Below are positions 18,533 to 27,140 of a DNA stretch of 64,000 nt, one piece after another. The position numbers and the translations under genes were made by a program. The stretch comes from Candidatus Doudnabacteria bacterium. GTDB taxonomy: Bacteria; Patescibacteriota; Doudnabacteria; UBA920; O2-02-FULL-48-8. Below the pieces are notes generated by a model, which did no database searches, was not told the DNA's origin, and was given only the letters and a program-made list of their open reading frames with translations. The DNA lies in contig JBBCGO010000001.1 of assembly GCA_037200925.1 (NCBI GenBank), forward strand, positions 383,698 through 447,697. The letters are read 5' to 3'. Positions within the stretch are counted from its first letter, which is position 1, and every line of letters begins with the position of its first letter.

Positions 18533-19078
18533 CTACGATTTTTTCATCACCAGAAAAATCCCGGCATAAGAAACGGCAAGCATGATGACCCAGGCGGCGA
18601 TGGCCATTTGCAGGGCCTTGTCTTCCCGTTTTTCCACTTCCCGAAGCGATCGGCCGGCTGCCACAAATTGGCCCGCATCATTCTTCACAGGTACGATCAC
18701 TAGAGCTTGTCTTACATCCGGTCGCGGCTGCCAAGTGACAAGGAATTCTCCGCGTTGTTTCGCTGTATCAAAAACTCCGGCCGGCGGGGTAGGGATCTTG
18801 CCGTCCAGCAGCGCATCAGACATGATCGGGTTCCCCTGCTTATCAAAAATTACCAGGTATGGACTGAGGCTTTTTGCGATGTCAATATTCTGAATTGAAA
18901 AATGCGGCTGACTGCCGGCTTGAACCTGTATTGCCGCATCTTCCGCCATCTGGATCTGGGGATCATTGGCAGTCTGGCGCAGATCCTGCTGGACTTCGGC
19001 GTATACCAACCCGCAAATGCAGAAAATGAGCACAAAAGCAACGGCGTAAGGAATGTAAGATCTTTGCATTTTAAGCAT
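18533..19078 (-). CDS. Hypothetical membrane protein (N- and C-terminal TM segments)
   Basis: 181 aa. Confidence 0.5.
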   Translation of the reverse strand: MLKMQRSYIPYAVAFVLIFCICGLVYAEVQQDLRQTANDPQIQMAEDAAIQVQAGSQPHFSIQNIDIAKSLSPYLVIFDKQGNPIMSDALLDGKIPTPPAGVFDTAKQRGEFLVTWQPRPDVRQALVIVPVKNDAGQFVAAGRSLREVEKREDKALQMAIAAWVIMLAVSYAGIFLVMKKS

Positions 19079-19117
19079 AAATAGATTTTACCAATATAAT
19101 AAAAAAAGTCCACCAAG

Positions 19118-20242
19118 TTATTCGCCTGGTGGAGGCAGTATGATCCCTTCGGGCTGGAAGATAGTCTTTCGCTCGCCCTCTTCCACGACGCCGACTTCTG
19201 TGATCGCGTGACCGACTTCTTTACCAATCCTTATAACGTCGTCGACTTGCGAAGGCGGTACGAACAGATACAGCCCCGCTCCATAGTTGAAGGTCTTCAG
19301 GCAGTCAAGCAGCGACACCCCGATCTCCCGCATGAATTTGAAAAGAGGAGGTACCTCCACCCAGGAATGGATCCGGTAGGTGTACGGCCTCTTGTCGAAT
19401 GCGATCTTGCCGACACCGTCGCCGGTGGCCGCAAGCAGCGCATGGATGTCGACTTTCTGCTCCAGCAGGTGTTCAACGAATTTCACGTGCGATTTGATCG
19501 GAATGAGGCATTCTTCACCAAGGGTTCTTCCCGTAGGAAGCTTTGTGAGAAACTGATCGGGAAGCTCGCCGCTGGTCGCCCTTTTGATGACCAGGGAAAT
19601 TCCGTTAGCTCCAAGGCCTGTAGATGGGTCAACGAGGATGCGGTCACCGGGTCTCAGGTCGCGCCCTGTGATGAGCCGGCGTTTCGGGGCGATGATGCCA
19701 GTGATCGAGCCGCTCAACGATGGCGCGCTCACGACCGGCGGCGCGGATTTGATCAGATACCGCAATGACGACGATTCGCCGGCCGGCAAAGCCATGCCGA
19801 CTTCCCGGCAAACCTCAACGCAGCCGCGCGCATAGTCCTCGCTTCTCTTTTCGTCAGTGAACCATTCGCTGTCGCCGCAAGCCACCTCGTCCGTCCAGAC
19901 GACCGGCATCGCGCCCTGCGAGATAACGTCGATCGCAATGATAAGAGCTGCGGCTCTGGCAACCACGTCGTAGTGGCTTTTGCCGGTGTTCTGATACATC
20001 CACTCCGCTATCCAGTTGAGATTGCCCAGGCCTTCCTGCGTCACGCACCACCAAGAGGTCAGTAGTCCCGAGTATTCAAAGACGGCGCCATGAGAATTGA
20101 GGACATCTTCGTTTACATAGACTTCCCGGCTGTTGGGGAAGTTGAGCGTCTGGCTTCCTGCTCGGATCATCGCCCGTTTGAAAGGCTCGATCTTGGTGTA
20201 GTCCACTCCGGCTGCCGCGTATTCGCCGCGCATCACACACAT
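19118..20242 (-). CDS. PurM-like / AIR-synthase-related protein
   Basis: 374 aa. AGVDY near the N-terminus. Its ...LRPGDRILVDPSTGLGANGISLVIK, ...VDIHALLAATGDG... and FNYGAGLYLFVP segments correspond to PurM's [35 protein letters not shown] and FNCGVGMIIAL. The N-terminal half is divergent. Confidence 0.6.
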   Translation of the reverse strand: MCVMRGEYAAAGVDYTKIEPFKRAMIRAGSQTLNFPNSREVYVNEDVLNSHGAVFEYSGLLTSWWCVTQEGLGNLNWIAEWMYQNTGKSHYDVVARAAALIIAIDVISQGAMPVVWTDEVACGDSEWFTDEKRSEDYARGCVEVCREVGMALPAGESSSLRYLIKSAPPVVSAPSLSGSITGIIAPKRRLITGRDLRPGDRILVDPSTGLGANGISLVIKRATSGELPDQFLTKLPTGRTLGEECLIPIKSHVKFVEHLLEQKVDIHALLAATGDGVGKIAFDKRPYTYRIHSWVEVPPLFKFMREIGVSLLDCLKTFNYGAGLYLFVPPSQVDDVIRIGKEVGHAITEVGVVEEGERKTIFQPEGIILPPPGE

Positions 20243-20375
20243 CCTTTCGAAAAAGGTCTATTGTCCCTGCTTTAGGTTTGGATAATAGTATAAGCAATAT
20301 AGCCTTTGGACACAAACAAAAAAAATCAAATCCAGTGTTTAGTCATGAGCATAGTCATGAGCAAATTATTTTAAT

Positions 20376-20405
20376 AAAAAACCTGACTGGATAACCCAAT
20401 CAGGT
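20376..20405 (-). terminator. Intrinsic terminator overlapping the purS stop
   Basis: Minus strand: acctgattgggttatccagtcaggt followed by tttttatt. Confidence 0.55.
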
Positions 20406-20696
20406 CTTGATCGTTTCAACGCTAATAATCTCGAAATCCTCCGTGACCGGGTTAGCCAGCATATCAGACCCAATTTTCTCGGCAGCCGCCCGGGCTTTTT
20501 TGGGCGTGATGTCTTCAAATCTGATCAGGAAAAGCTTGGCAAGGGCCACACCTGCAACCTGATGGTAACCCTGATTCGTCAGCCGGACGAGCATATCAGC
20601 TTTTTCAGGATCCGGCACTTCAGGCTTATAGCGCACCAACATCTGAACTAGGACCTGACGCGGCTTTTGAACGACTCCCCGGCCTGCCTTTGCCAT
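20400..20696 (-). CDS. purS: Phosphoribosylformylglycinamidine synthase subunit PurS
   Basis: 98 aa. ...LVRYKPEVPDPEKADMLVRLTNQGYHQVAGV...LANPVTEDFEIISVE matches the PurS fold signature (LANPVIEDYEI). Confidence 0.65.
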   Translation of the reverse strand: MAKAGRGVVQKPRQVLVQMLVRYKPEVPDPEKADMLVRLTNQGYHQVAGVALAKLFLIRFEDITPKKARAAAEKIGSDMLANPVTEDFEIISVETIKT

Positions 20697-20730
20697 GATT
20701 CTCCCTCCCCATACGGGATGGCATTATAAC

Positions 20731-20753
20731 AAAAAACTCCCCTTTCGGGGAGT
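20731..20753 (-). terminator. Intrinsic terminator
   Basis: Minus strand: actccccgaaaggggagt followed by tttttt. Confidence 0.65.
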
Positions 20754-20760
20754 CAACATA

Positions 20761-20973
20761 TTATCCGCGTTTAGGCTTGGAAAAAACATACAAATACAGG
20801 ATGTCCAAAATGCCTAAAGTGTTCACGATCAAAAGCACGACGAACCAAACAGGTTCATTGTTTTTGGCCGCTCTCCACAGCGCCAAGCCCTTCCAGACCA
20901 GGCTCCAGATGGCCAAGATCGAGATCACCGGAAGCCAGATTAAACTATGGTAATCAAGGGGATGAAATATCAT
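20761..20973 (-). CDS. Small two-TM membrane protein (DUF-type)
   Basis: 70 aa: MIFHPLDYHSLIWLPVISILAIWSLVWKGLALWRAAKNNEPVWFVVLLIVNTLGILDILYLYVF. Confidence 0.5.
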   Translation of the reverse strand: MIFHPLDYHSLIWLPVISILAIWSLVWKGLALWRAAKNNEPVWFVVLLIVNTLGILDILYLYVFSKPKRG

Positions 20974-20986
20974 ACTATTATGATAA

Positions 20987-21022
20987 CAAAAACAGCCTCA
21001 CTTGTGAAGCTGTTTTCTTTTT
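20987..21022. terminator. Bidirectional hairpin terminator
   Basis: aaaaacagcctcacttgtgaagctgttttcttttt. Confidence 0.55.
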
Positions 21023-21038
21023 CTACTTAAAGAGGTAA

Positions 21039-21266
21039 TTACATTTCACCCTTGCATTCCTTACACCGCTTGACGTGGGTCAAGGCTTCATAAATTGCCG
21101 AAAGGGCGATTAAAGCATAAATTATCTTTACCAAAGTCACATTCCAGCCCCAAGTAGCAATATCCATGTGCCAAATTGCCAAGCCCCAGTTGAGACCGCC
21201 AATCACCAAAAGGATGAAGGTCCACATGTGCAAACCCATATGTTTTCCTGACATTTTGTTTCTCAC
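21039..21266 (-). CDS. DUF378-family small membrane protein
   Basis: 75 aa. MGLHMWTFILLVIGGLNWGLAI is characteristic of DUF378. C-terminal CKEC. Confidence 0.6.
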   Translation of the reverse strand: MRNKMSGKHMGLHMWTFILLVIGGLNWGLAIWHMDIATWGWNVTLVKIIYALIALSAIYEALTHVKRCKECKGEM

Positions 21267-21386
21267 CCCCTCAAAGCGTTAGCTATTTACCCATAAAGTA
21301 TATGCCTGTTGAATTAGTTTGTAAAATAACCGGGCAATTGATAAAATGTAGAACTGGTTCCTGACATGTTCTTGGAGGAAAGGACG

Positions 21387-22661
21387 ATGAAAATTCTAAT
21401 ACTCGGCGCAGGCGGCCGCGAACACTCGGTTGGAAAAAAGCTGGCTGAAGAAGGACATGAGATCTATGCCGCGCCGGGCAATCCCGGCATCGCACAGATC
21501 GGCCGCTGCGTCACGGAGCTGGACGTCAAGGATCACAAGGCCGTGATCGACTACGTGAAATCCAATGGCATCGGCTTTACGTTCGTAGGCCCTGAAGCTC
21601 CTCTTGATGCGGGGATCGTCGATGACTTCGAGCGGTTTGGCCTGCCTATTTTCGGACCCACTAAGATGGCGGCTCAGATCGAAACGAGCAAAGAATTCTG
21701 CTGCACGCTGCTGGAGGCGGCAAACGTCCCGATCCCGGCAACCCTGTATTACAATAATTTCGCCGCCATGGAACAATCGGTCGCGGGCTCAAGCGGCGGG
21801 ATCGTGCTCAAAAAAAGCGGCTTGGCTGCGGGCAAAGGCGCGGAAGTTGTCCGCAACAGTACCGATTTGATCCCGGCATTGACCCGGCTCAAGAAACTCG
21901 GCGATGGCAGCTTTCTTGTCCAGACTATGGAAGAAGGTCCGGAGCTGTCATACTTCGTGCTTACTGACGGGACTGATTTCGTTTTCTTAGGCTCCGCTCA
22001 GGACTACAAGCCGTTGTATCCCGGCGGGCCGAACACCGGCGGCATGGGCGGTTTTGCGCCGCACCCGATTCTGACTTCAGAGCTTCAAAAGACCATCGAC
22101 GAGACGGTTGTTCGCCCGACGATCAAGGCCTTGGCGGAGGTCAGCCGGCCATACAAAGGCGTGCTGTACATTCAGCTCATGATCACCAAACGTGGGCCGG
22201 TGGTCATTGAGATCAATTGCCGATTCGGCGACCCTGAAGCGCAGCTGATCATGCCGCTTCTTAACTGCGAACTGCTGCCGCTGTTGCAGGCAACAACGAA
22301 GTCCGGTTTCTTGCGGATGATGGAGGCGAAGTTCAAACCATGGGTGTCAGTCGGAATCGTCATGGCGTCTGAAGGCTATCCGGACGATCCAAAAACAGGC
22401 CGGTTCATCACAGGACTCGACCGCGAACCGGGGCCGAATGACCCCAATCACTACGCTTACGTGTACCATGCCGGTACGAAAATGGTGGAAGACCAGCTCG
22501 TAACTTCGGGCGGACGCGTGCTGACGGTTGTGGGCACAGACTCAGAGTACGAAATGGCCAAGAACATGGCCATGATGGCAGTGAGCCTGATCTGGTTCGA
22601 GGGTGAACAGTACCGGCCGGATGTCGGGAACGAAGCGATCGCAGCGCAGGCTGCGACCTGA
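21387..22661 (+). CDS. purD: Phosphoribosylamine--glycine ligase (GAR synthetase)
   Basis: MKILILGAGGREHSVGKKLAEEGHEIYAAPGNPG..., ATP-grasp fold. RBS GGAGGA at 21374-21379, 7 nt before ATG 21387 (the track ORF starts 21 nt earlier). Confidence 0.9.
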   Translation: MKILILGAGGREHSVGKKLAEEGHEIYAAPGNPGIAQIGRCVTELDVKDHKAVIDYVKSNGIGFTFVGPEAPLDAGIVDDFERFGLPIFGPTKMAAQIETSKEFCCTLLEAANVPIPATLYYNNFAAMEQSVAGSSGGIVLKKSGLAAGKGAEVVRNSTDLIPALTRLKKLGDGSFLVQTMEEGPELSYFVLTDGTDFVFLGSAQDYKPLYPGGPNTGGMGGFAPHPILTSELQKTIDETVVRPTIKALAEVSRPYKGVLYIQLMITKRGPVVIEINCRFGDPEAQLIMPLLNCELLPLLQATTKSGFLRMMEAKFKPWVSVGIVMASEGYPDDPKTGRFITGLDREPGPNDPNHYAYVYHAGTKMVEDQLVTSGGRVLTVVGTDSEYEMAKNMAMMAVSLIWFEGEQYRPDVGNEAIAAQAAT

Positions 22662-22694
22662 CATCGCTCTCCCAGGTCATTTCTGCTCTCACAA

Positions 22695-22733
22695 AAAGAC
22701 GCTCAGTATTAAACACTGGCGTCTTATTTTTTT
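22695..22733 (+). terminator. Intrinsic terminator of purD
   Basis: agacgctcagtattaaacactggcgtct followed by tatttttttt. Confidence 0.6.
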
Positions 22734-22905
22734 AAATATCCTATTCTCTGGGCTTTTGGCGGTACGGCAGCATCATCTTGCCGCAGTTGCAGTTTTGTTT
22801 GTGATCTTCCCGCCACTTTTCTTTTTGCTGCTCAGTTCCTTTCTCGGGAAAAGGATGTTGCTCATGCCACTTGGTATTCATAGTTTACTAAAAATATTTA
22901 TAATT

Positions 22906-24411
22906 TTACTTTCTGACGAAAACCAAAGCATTCGGAAGCAACCTGCCGGGTCCTGTCTTATAAACCCCATTATAGACCATGGCAGCAGATCCCCCGCCAT
23001 CAAGATTAAACGCATTATCAGCTCCAAGCGCCTGCATGATGTAGGCCAGGTCAAACACGGTTGCTGAGTGGGCTATTACCGCATATAGGGTCTGGCCAGT
23101 GAGGCCCAAACCTCCGCGGTCGCTTTTCACGGTGCGCTGCTTATCGTCAAGCGTGCTTTCTACGACCACGATCTGGCCATTCTGCACCAGCAGGGGTTCA
23201 TTGGAAATTCCGGCAGTGATGGGTAAATTTGCAGAGATGAGGTCTTTATATTGATTGAAAAAATGCGCTGTTCCTGAAGTATCAAAAGCCAAAAACGGCA
23301 TGTCTTCTTTAATATTATTATGGGCGTTGATCATCTTGTTCAGGCGGGAGTTATAAACTTTCCAGTAAAATGAATTGGTCTTGCCCGCGCATTCAGGATA
23401 ACTTGTCGGACAAAAATATGAACCATGGATGCCGGCAAATCCCTGGTTCTGATTGACAAAATCGATCAGGGATTTTACCTGGCAATTATTAAGGCAGTCA
23501 TTATCGTCAGCAGTATCAGTGACAACTTTGACCTGACTCGCATCAGCCGTCAGAATATCGACTGAGAAATTCCCGCGGCTCGTAGCCACGGTCTTTCTCT
23601 CATATGTAACCGCGGGTGCCGGCCCGCAGATAGTCCCGTTGTCGGCATAACCCAGAGTGGATGCCACCACTGCATTCTGCAAATTATATCCGAAATTGAT
23701 AAAACAAGCGGTGGAAGGAAAAGATCTTTTGCCCATGCCTTCGATGACCCAAATAACTCCCCCGTCATTGATCAAGGACCCGGAACGATAAGACAGCAAT
23801 GACCCGGCCGGTTTGGCCAGATCATTGGCATTGGCAGGCACGACCTCGGAAAAATTAAGCCCCCAGGAATTCAAAAGTGCAATTGAAGGAACACCTTGTC
23901 TCTGCGTGTCGGTCATGTACCAGACCGTGCCTGTGCCGTCAATCACGAACGAGCCGGAAAGGTGCGCTTCCGCTGCGGATGCGATGACCTGGCCCACGGG
24001 CAAGTTCAAAGTTCCGACTTTTGCCTGGCTGAATTTAAATCCCTGCCCCAGGAAAGCATCCTGCGAGACAAAGCCGTGCTTTGTGCCGCCCGAAACCTGG
24101 TAGCCCACACCCTGCTCCAGGAATAACCGCCCGTCGCCCCAGGCAATGACCGTGTGAGGCAAAGCCAGATCATCAGATGTCGCGGGCGCTGCCTGGGCAA
24201 AGCTGTACCGGTAAGAAAAATATTTTTCAGGGGTATCGAATCCCTCCAAAGCCTGCCCGTTATCGCTGATGCGGTAGATCGTGCCCTGAGAGATCACCAC
24301 GCTTCCGTGAGGATGCAGGAAGGTCGCCGCGCGGGCTGTGCGGACAAAAAACAGACAAATCAAAAGACTTCCGAAAAAAATTGAAGTCTTTAATAAATGT
24401 TCATTTTTCAT
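22906..24411 (-). CDS. Secreted phosphodiester glycosidase family protein (NAGPA-like C-terminal domain)
   Basis: Signal peptide MKNEHLLKTSIFFGSLLICLFFVRTARA. C-terminal ...AFNLDGGGSAAMVYNG... is typical of the phosphodiester glycosidase domain. I chose the start at the Met 90 nt inside the track ORF, to avoid overlapping the doxX gene. Confidence 0.6.
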   Translation of the reverse strand: MKNEHLLKTSIFFGSLLICLFFVRTARAATFLHPHGSVVISQGTIYRISDNGQALEGFDTPEKYFSYRYSFAQAAPATSDDLALPHTVIAWGDGRLFLEQGVGYQVSGGTKHGFVSQDAFLGQGFKFSQAKVGTLNLPVGQVIASAAEAHLSGSFVIDGTGTVWYMTDTQRQGVPSIALLNSWGLNFSEVVPANANDLAKPAGSLLSYRSGSLINDGGVIWVIEGMGKRSFPSTACFINFGYNLQNAVVASTLGYADNGTICGPAPAVTYERKTVATSRGNFSVDILTADASQVKVVTDTADDNDCLNNCQVKSLIDFVNQNQGFAGIHGSYFCPTSYPECAGKTNSFYWKVYNSRLNKMINAHNNIKEDMPFLAFDTSGTAHFFNQYKDLISANLPITAGISNEPLLVQNGQIVVVESTLDDKQRTVKSDRGGLGLTGQTLYAVIAHSATVFDLAYIMQALGADNAFNLDGGGSAAMVYNGVYKTGPGRLLPNALVFVRK

Positions 24412-24425
24412 AAACCTGTTGGGTT

Positions 24426-24974
24426 TTATTTCCTGAAAGCCGCCCCCTTCTGCCAAGGAGTTCCCAGAGCCGGCAAAACATACATGTCCAACCCATACCA
24501 ACCGGCTACGCGCCAGGCCAGGATCAAAAACAATCCAAGCAATGCCAATAACGGATTAGTGCTGGTCGTTCCTGCAAACAGATAATTTAAGTTCATAAAT
24601 GTGCCGAAGAAAGCGGCAATACCGGTAAATAAGCCCAATATTAAGGCAACTCCGACAAGCAATTCTCCGTAAGCAACCAAATATGAAAAGAAAACGGTGT
24701 GGTGGAGTGCGAATCCGCTGATAAACGAACCATACCAGCCCGAAACACTAGGATGAGCGCCAGTAGTTTTGGCCAAAGCGCCATTTAAGAATCCGGCAAT
24801 GGCTGTTCCTGCTTTCGGACCGACCCAGGTCACATCATGAATTTTTTCCCAGCCCGGGACGATCCATTCGTAGCCCACATAAAGTCGCACAAGCAACCAA
24901 AACCAAGCCATTCTGGTGTCCGCAAAAATGAACCTCGCAAATGGCGGTTCTGCAAACTCAATATTCTTTTGCAT
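24426..24974 (-). CDS. DoxX/DoxD-family membrane protein
   Basis: 182 aa. ARFIFADTRMAWFWLLVRLYVGYEWI... with 4 TM helices is typical of the DoxX family. Confidence 0.7.
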   Translation of the reverse strand: MQKNIEFAEPPFARFIFADTRMAWFWLLVRLYVGYEWIVPGWEKIHDVTWVGPKAGTAIAGFLNGALAKTTGAHPSVSGWYGSFISGFALHHTVFFSYLVAYGELLVGVALILGLFTGIAAFFGTFMNLNYLFAGTTSTNPLLALLGLFLILAWRVAGWYGLDMYVLPALGTPWQKGAAFRK

Positions 24975-25024
24975 ATTTTTTTTTATTTCTTAATTATTTT
25001 GAACCTTTAATTAATTATATCAGA

Positions 25025-25513
25025 TTATTGCGTGACTGTAACGATTCCCTGCATATATGGATGGATGGAACAATGGTAATTAAAAGCACCAATTGTGTTG
25101 AAGGTAAAAGAATAGGTCTGATTGGTTGAAAGATTCGAGCTGGCGGGACCTCCATTATCGCCGATTACCGTATGAACAGCTGAATCCTTGTTGGTCCAGA
25201 CGACAGTATCGCCCTTTCTGATCATGATGGAAGTAGGGGTGAAGGCAAAGTTCTGGATAGAAATATAATGAGTTGTCGGTGCAATTACATGCGGCGGCTG
25301 CGGACCCGGAGCAGGAGTCGGCGCAGGGGTTGGTGAGGGTGCCGGGTTTGGAGTGGATGGAGCGACCACATTCAGCGGCTGCGGACCTGGATTCGGAATT
25401 GGCATTGGTGCGGGCGTTGGGTTGGGTGTTTGAGTGGTGGTGGTTTGATTACAAGCAGCAGCCAAAAACGCAACTGTACCAATAGCAATTACAAACTTAT
25501 ATTTAATATTCAT
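25025..25513 (-). CDS. Cupredoxin (type-1 blue copper, plastocyanin/amicyanin-like) lipoprotein
   Basis: Lipobox LAAAC. Pro-rich linker. Copper ligands H(TVI)...C-x2-H-x2-M (YHCSIHPYMQG). Confidence 0.8.
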   Translation of the reverse strand: MNIKYKFVIAIGTVAFLAAACNQTTTTQTPNPTPAPMPIPNPGPQPLNVVAPSTPNPAPSPTPAPTPAPGPQPPHVIAPTTHYISIQNFAFTPTSIMIRKGDTVVWTNKDSAVHTVIGDNGGPASSNLSTNQTYSFTFNTIGAFNYHCSIHPYMQGIVTVTQ

Positions 25514-25525
25514 ATTTTTTGCTTT

Positions 25526-25705
25526 TTAATATCCGCCGGGGCTCGGAGACGGGGTTGGCATCGGCGTTGGAGCCGGCATTGGGTTGCCGGGAGCCGGCGA
25601 CGGCGATGGCATGGCAGCTGGAGTTGTTGAGCTGGTGCTATTGCAGGCCGCGGCCAAAAACGCAACTGCTCCGATTGCAATCAAAATTTTAAATTTTATA
25701 TTCAT
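25526..25705 (-). CDS. Truncated paralog of the cupredoxin leader (lipoprotein signal peptide plus Pro/Ser linker only)
   Basis: MNIKFKILIAIGAVAFLAAACNSTSSTTPAAMPSPSPAPGNPMPAPTPMPTPSPSPGGY followed by a stop. The first 20 aa are near-identical to 25025..25513. The track ORF is extended upstream through the next copy in another frame. Confidence 0.45.
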   Translation of the reverse strand: MNIKFKILIAIGAVAFLAAACNSTSSTTPAAMPSPSPAPGNPMPAPTPMPTPSPSPGGY

Positions 25706-25723
25706 ATATTTATTTTTAATATC

Positions 25724-25847
25724 CGCTGGGGGATGGGGATGGCGACGGTGTGCTGCCGGTTGTTGTCGTTGAACCAGTACTGTTGCATGATGCTGCCAAA
25801 AGAGCAACCGCAGCTATCGCAATGACCAGCTTGTATTTGATATTCAT
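25724..25847 (-). CDS. Second truncated paralog of the cupredoxin leader (41 aa, below the ORF-track size cutoff)
   Basis: Minus translation MNIKYKLVIAIAAVALLAASCNSTGSTTTTGSTPSPSPSPSGY followed by a stop. Same intergenic context (ttaaaaa.aaa.atATGAATAT.AAAT) as the other two copies. Confidence 0.4.
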
Positions 25848-25895
25848 CTTTGTTTCTTTATTTAATTATTAGCAAATATATTATAACATAACAGG

Positions 25896-27140
25896 CTATT
25901 TTTTGGAAAAAAAGATGTTTTTGAATGCGCCACCGAAAAATTCTTCCATATAATCCAGCCCCTTGCCGCTGATCTGCTTTATCGAAGGTATGCGTTTCGG
26001 ATCGTACAAATTAATATAACGATTCTTTTTGCCAAGTATCTGATCGCGCACGATCATGGCCGAAATTGCCGAATAGGTCATGCCATTGCCGGAAAATCCC
26101 GTAACTACGAATGTGTGCGGCATGATCTCGCCTATTAAGCCAAGCCCGTCCGACGGTTCCAGAATGTCACCTGACCATTTGCGCGTTATTTTATATTTAT
26201 TGCCGCCCAAAACGGTTTTTATATATTTTTCCAGAGCATTAAAGCTTTTATCAGGACTCACTTTAATTTCCTTGCGGTTATCCTCACCTCCCGCGATCAT
26301 CCGGTCAAAAACGCCAAAACTGTCGATCCGGAAATAATGATAAGGATTATGCATATCAAGGTACATGCCTTCGGGAATCAGTCCCTTGGCAATTTCAAGT
26401 TCGTAGACGTAAGTGACGTACATGCCTTTTTTAAAGCGCGTGCCCTGGTTGGTAAACGGCTTATATGTGGCAATTAAAACATTTTTCGCCGAGACCCGGC
26501 CTGTTTTGGTTTTTAGGGTCAGGCCTTCAATTGCCAAAACTTCCGAATTGGTAAATATCTTCGCTCCCAAAGACTCAGCCGCACCGGCCAATCCTTGCGC
26601 GAACTTGATCGGATGGAACATGGCCTGTTTCGAAACTTTCAGAAAGCCGGAATTCCTAAAATTTAATTTGCTGCCTTCTTTTGAAAGTTCAGCCTCAAAT
26701 CCTGATTTTTTTACGGCTCCATACTCCCCTCTGAGTTCTTCAAATTCCTTTTGGTCTTGGGCGTAAGTATAGATCGGAACAACCTTAAACTCGCATTCGA
26801 TGTTTTCTTTCTGAACAATTTGAGCAATCAGATCAATGGCGTCTTGCCCGGATCCCCAGACCAGTTTTGCTTTATTCGGGCCGAAAAGCTTGACCAGCTC
26901 GGCAAATGAGCTGTCAATCAGTTTTGTAATAAAAGCGGTTGTGTACATTGTGGTAGCCTGCAGGATCTTTTCATCCTTTTCCAAAACTACAACCTTCAAC
27001 CCCGCTTTGGCCAAAAAATAGGCATTGAAAATGCCCGCAAGGCCCCCGCCGATAATTGCCACATCAGCTTCAATATTCTTGGCAAGCTTTGGATAATTTT
27101 TACTCTGCTTCAGCCCCCAACTTGATTCTTCTTTTATCAT
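25896..27140 (-). CDS. FAD-dependent oxidoreductase (DAO family)
   Basis: 414 aa. N-terminal Rossmann motif VAIIGGGLAGIFNAYFLAKAGLKVVVLEKDE. Confidence 0.75.
   Translation of the reverse strand: MIKEESSWGLKQSKNYPKLAKNIEADVAIIGGGLAGIFNAYFLAKAGLKVVVLEKDEKILQATTMYTTAFITKLIDSSFAELVKLFGPNKAKLVWGSGQDAIDLIAQIVQKENIECEFKVVPIYTYAQDQKEFEELRGEYGAVKKSGFEAELSKEGSKLNFRNSGFLKVSKQAMFHPIKFAQGLAGAAESLGAKIFTNSEVLAIEGLTLKTKTGRVSAKNVLIATYKPFTNQGTRFKKGMYVTYVYELEIAKGLIPEGMYLDMHNPYHYFRIDSFGVFDRMIAGGEDNRKEIKVSPDKSFNALEKYIKTVLGGNKYKITRKWSGDILEPSDGLGLIGEIMPHTFVVTGFSGNGMTYSAISAMIVRDQILGKKNRYINLYDPKRIPSIKQISGKGLDYMEEFFGGAFKNIFFSKK

Noticed and set aside
22603-23067. 154-aa plus-strand ORF overlapping the end of purD and the purD terminator
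   Set aside because: It reads through the purD stop region and an intrinsic terminator, and its translation is low-complexity hydrophobic with no motif.
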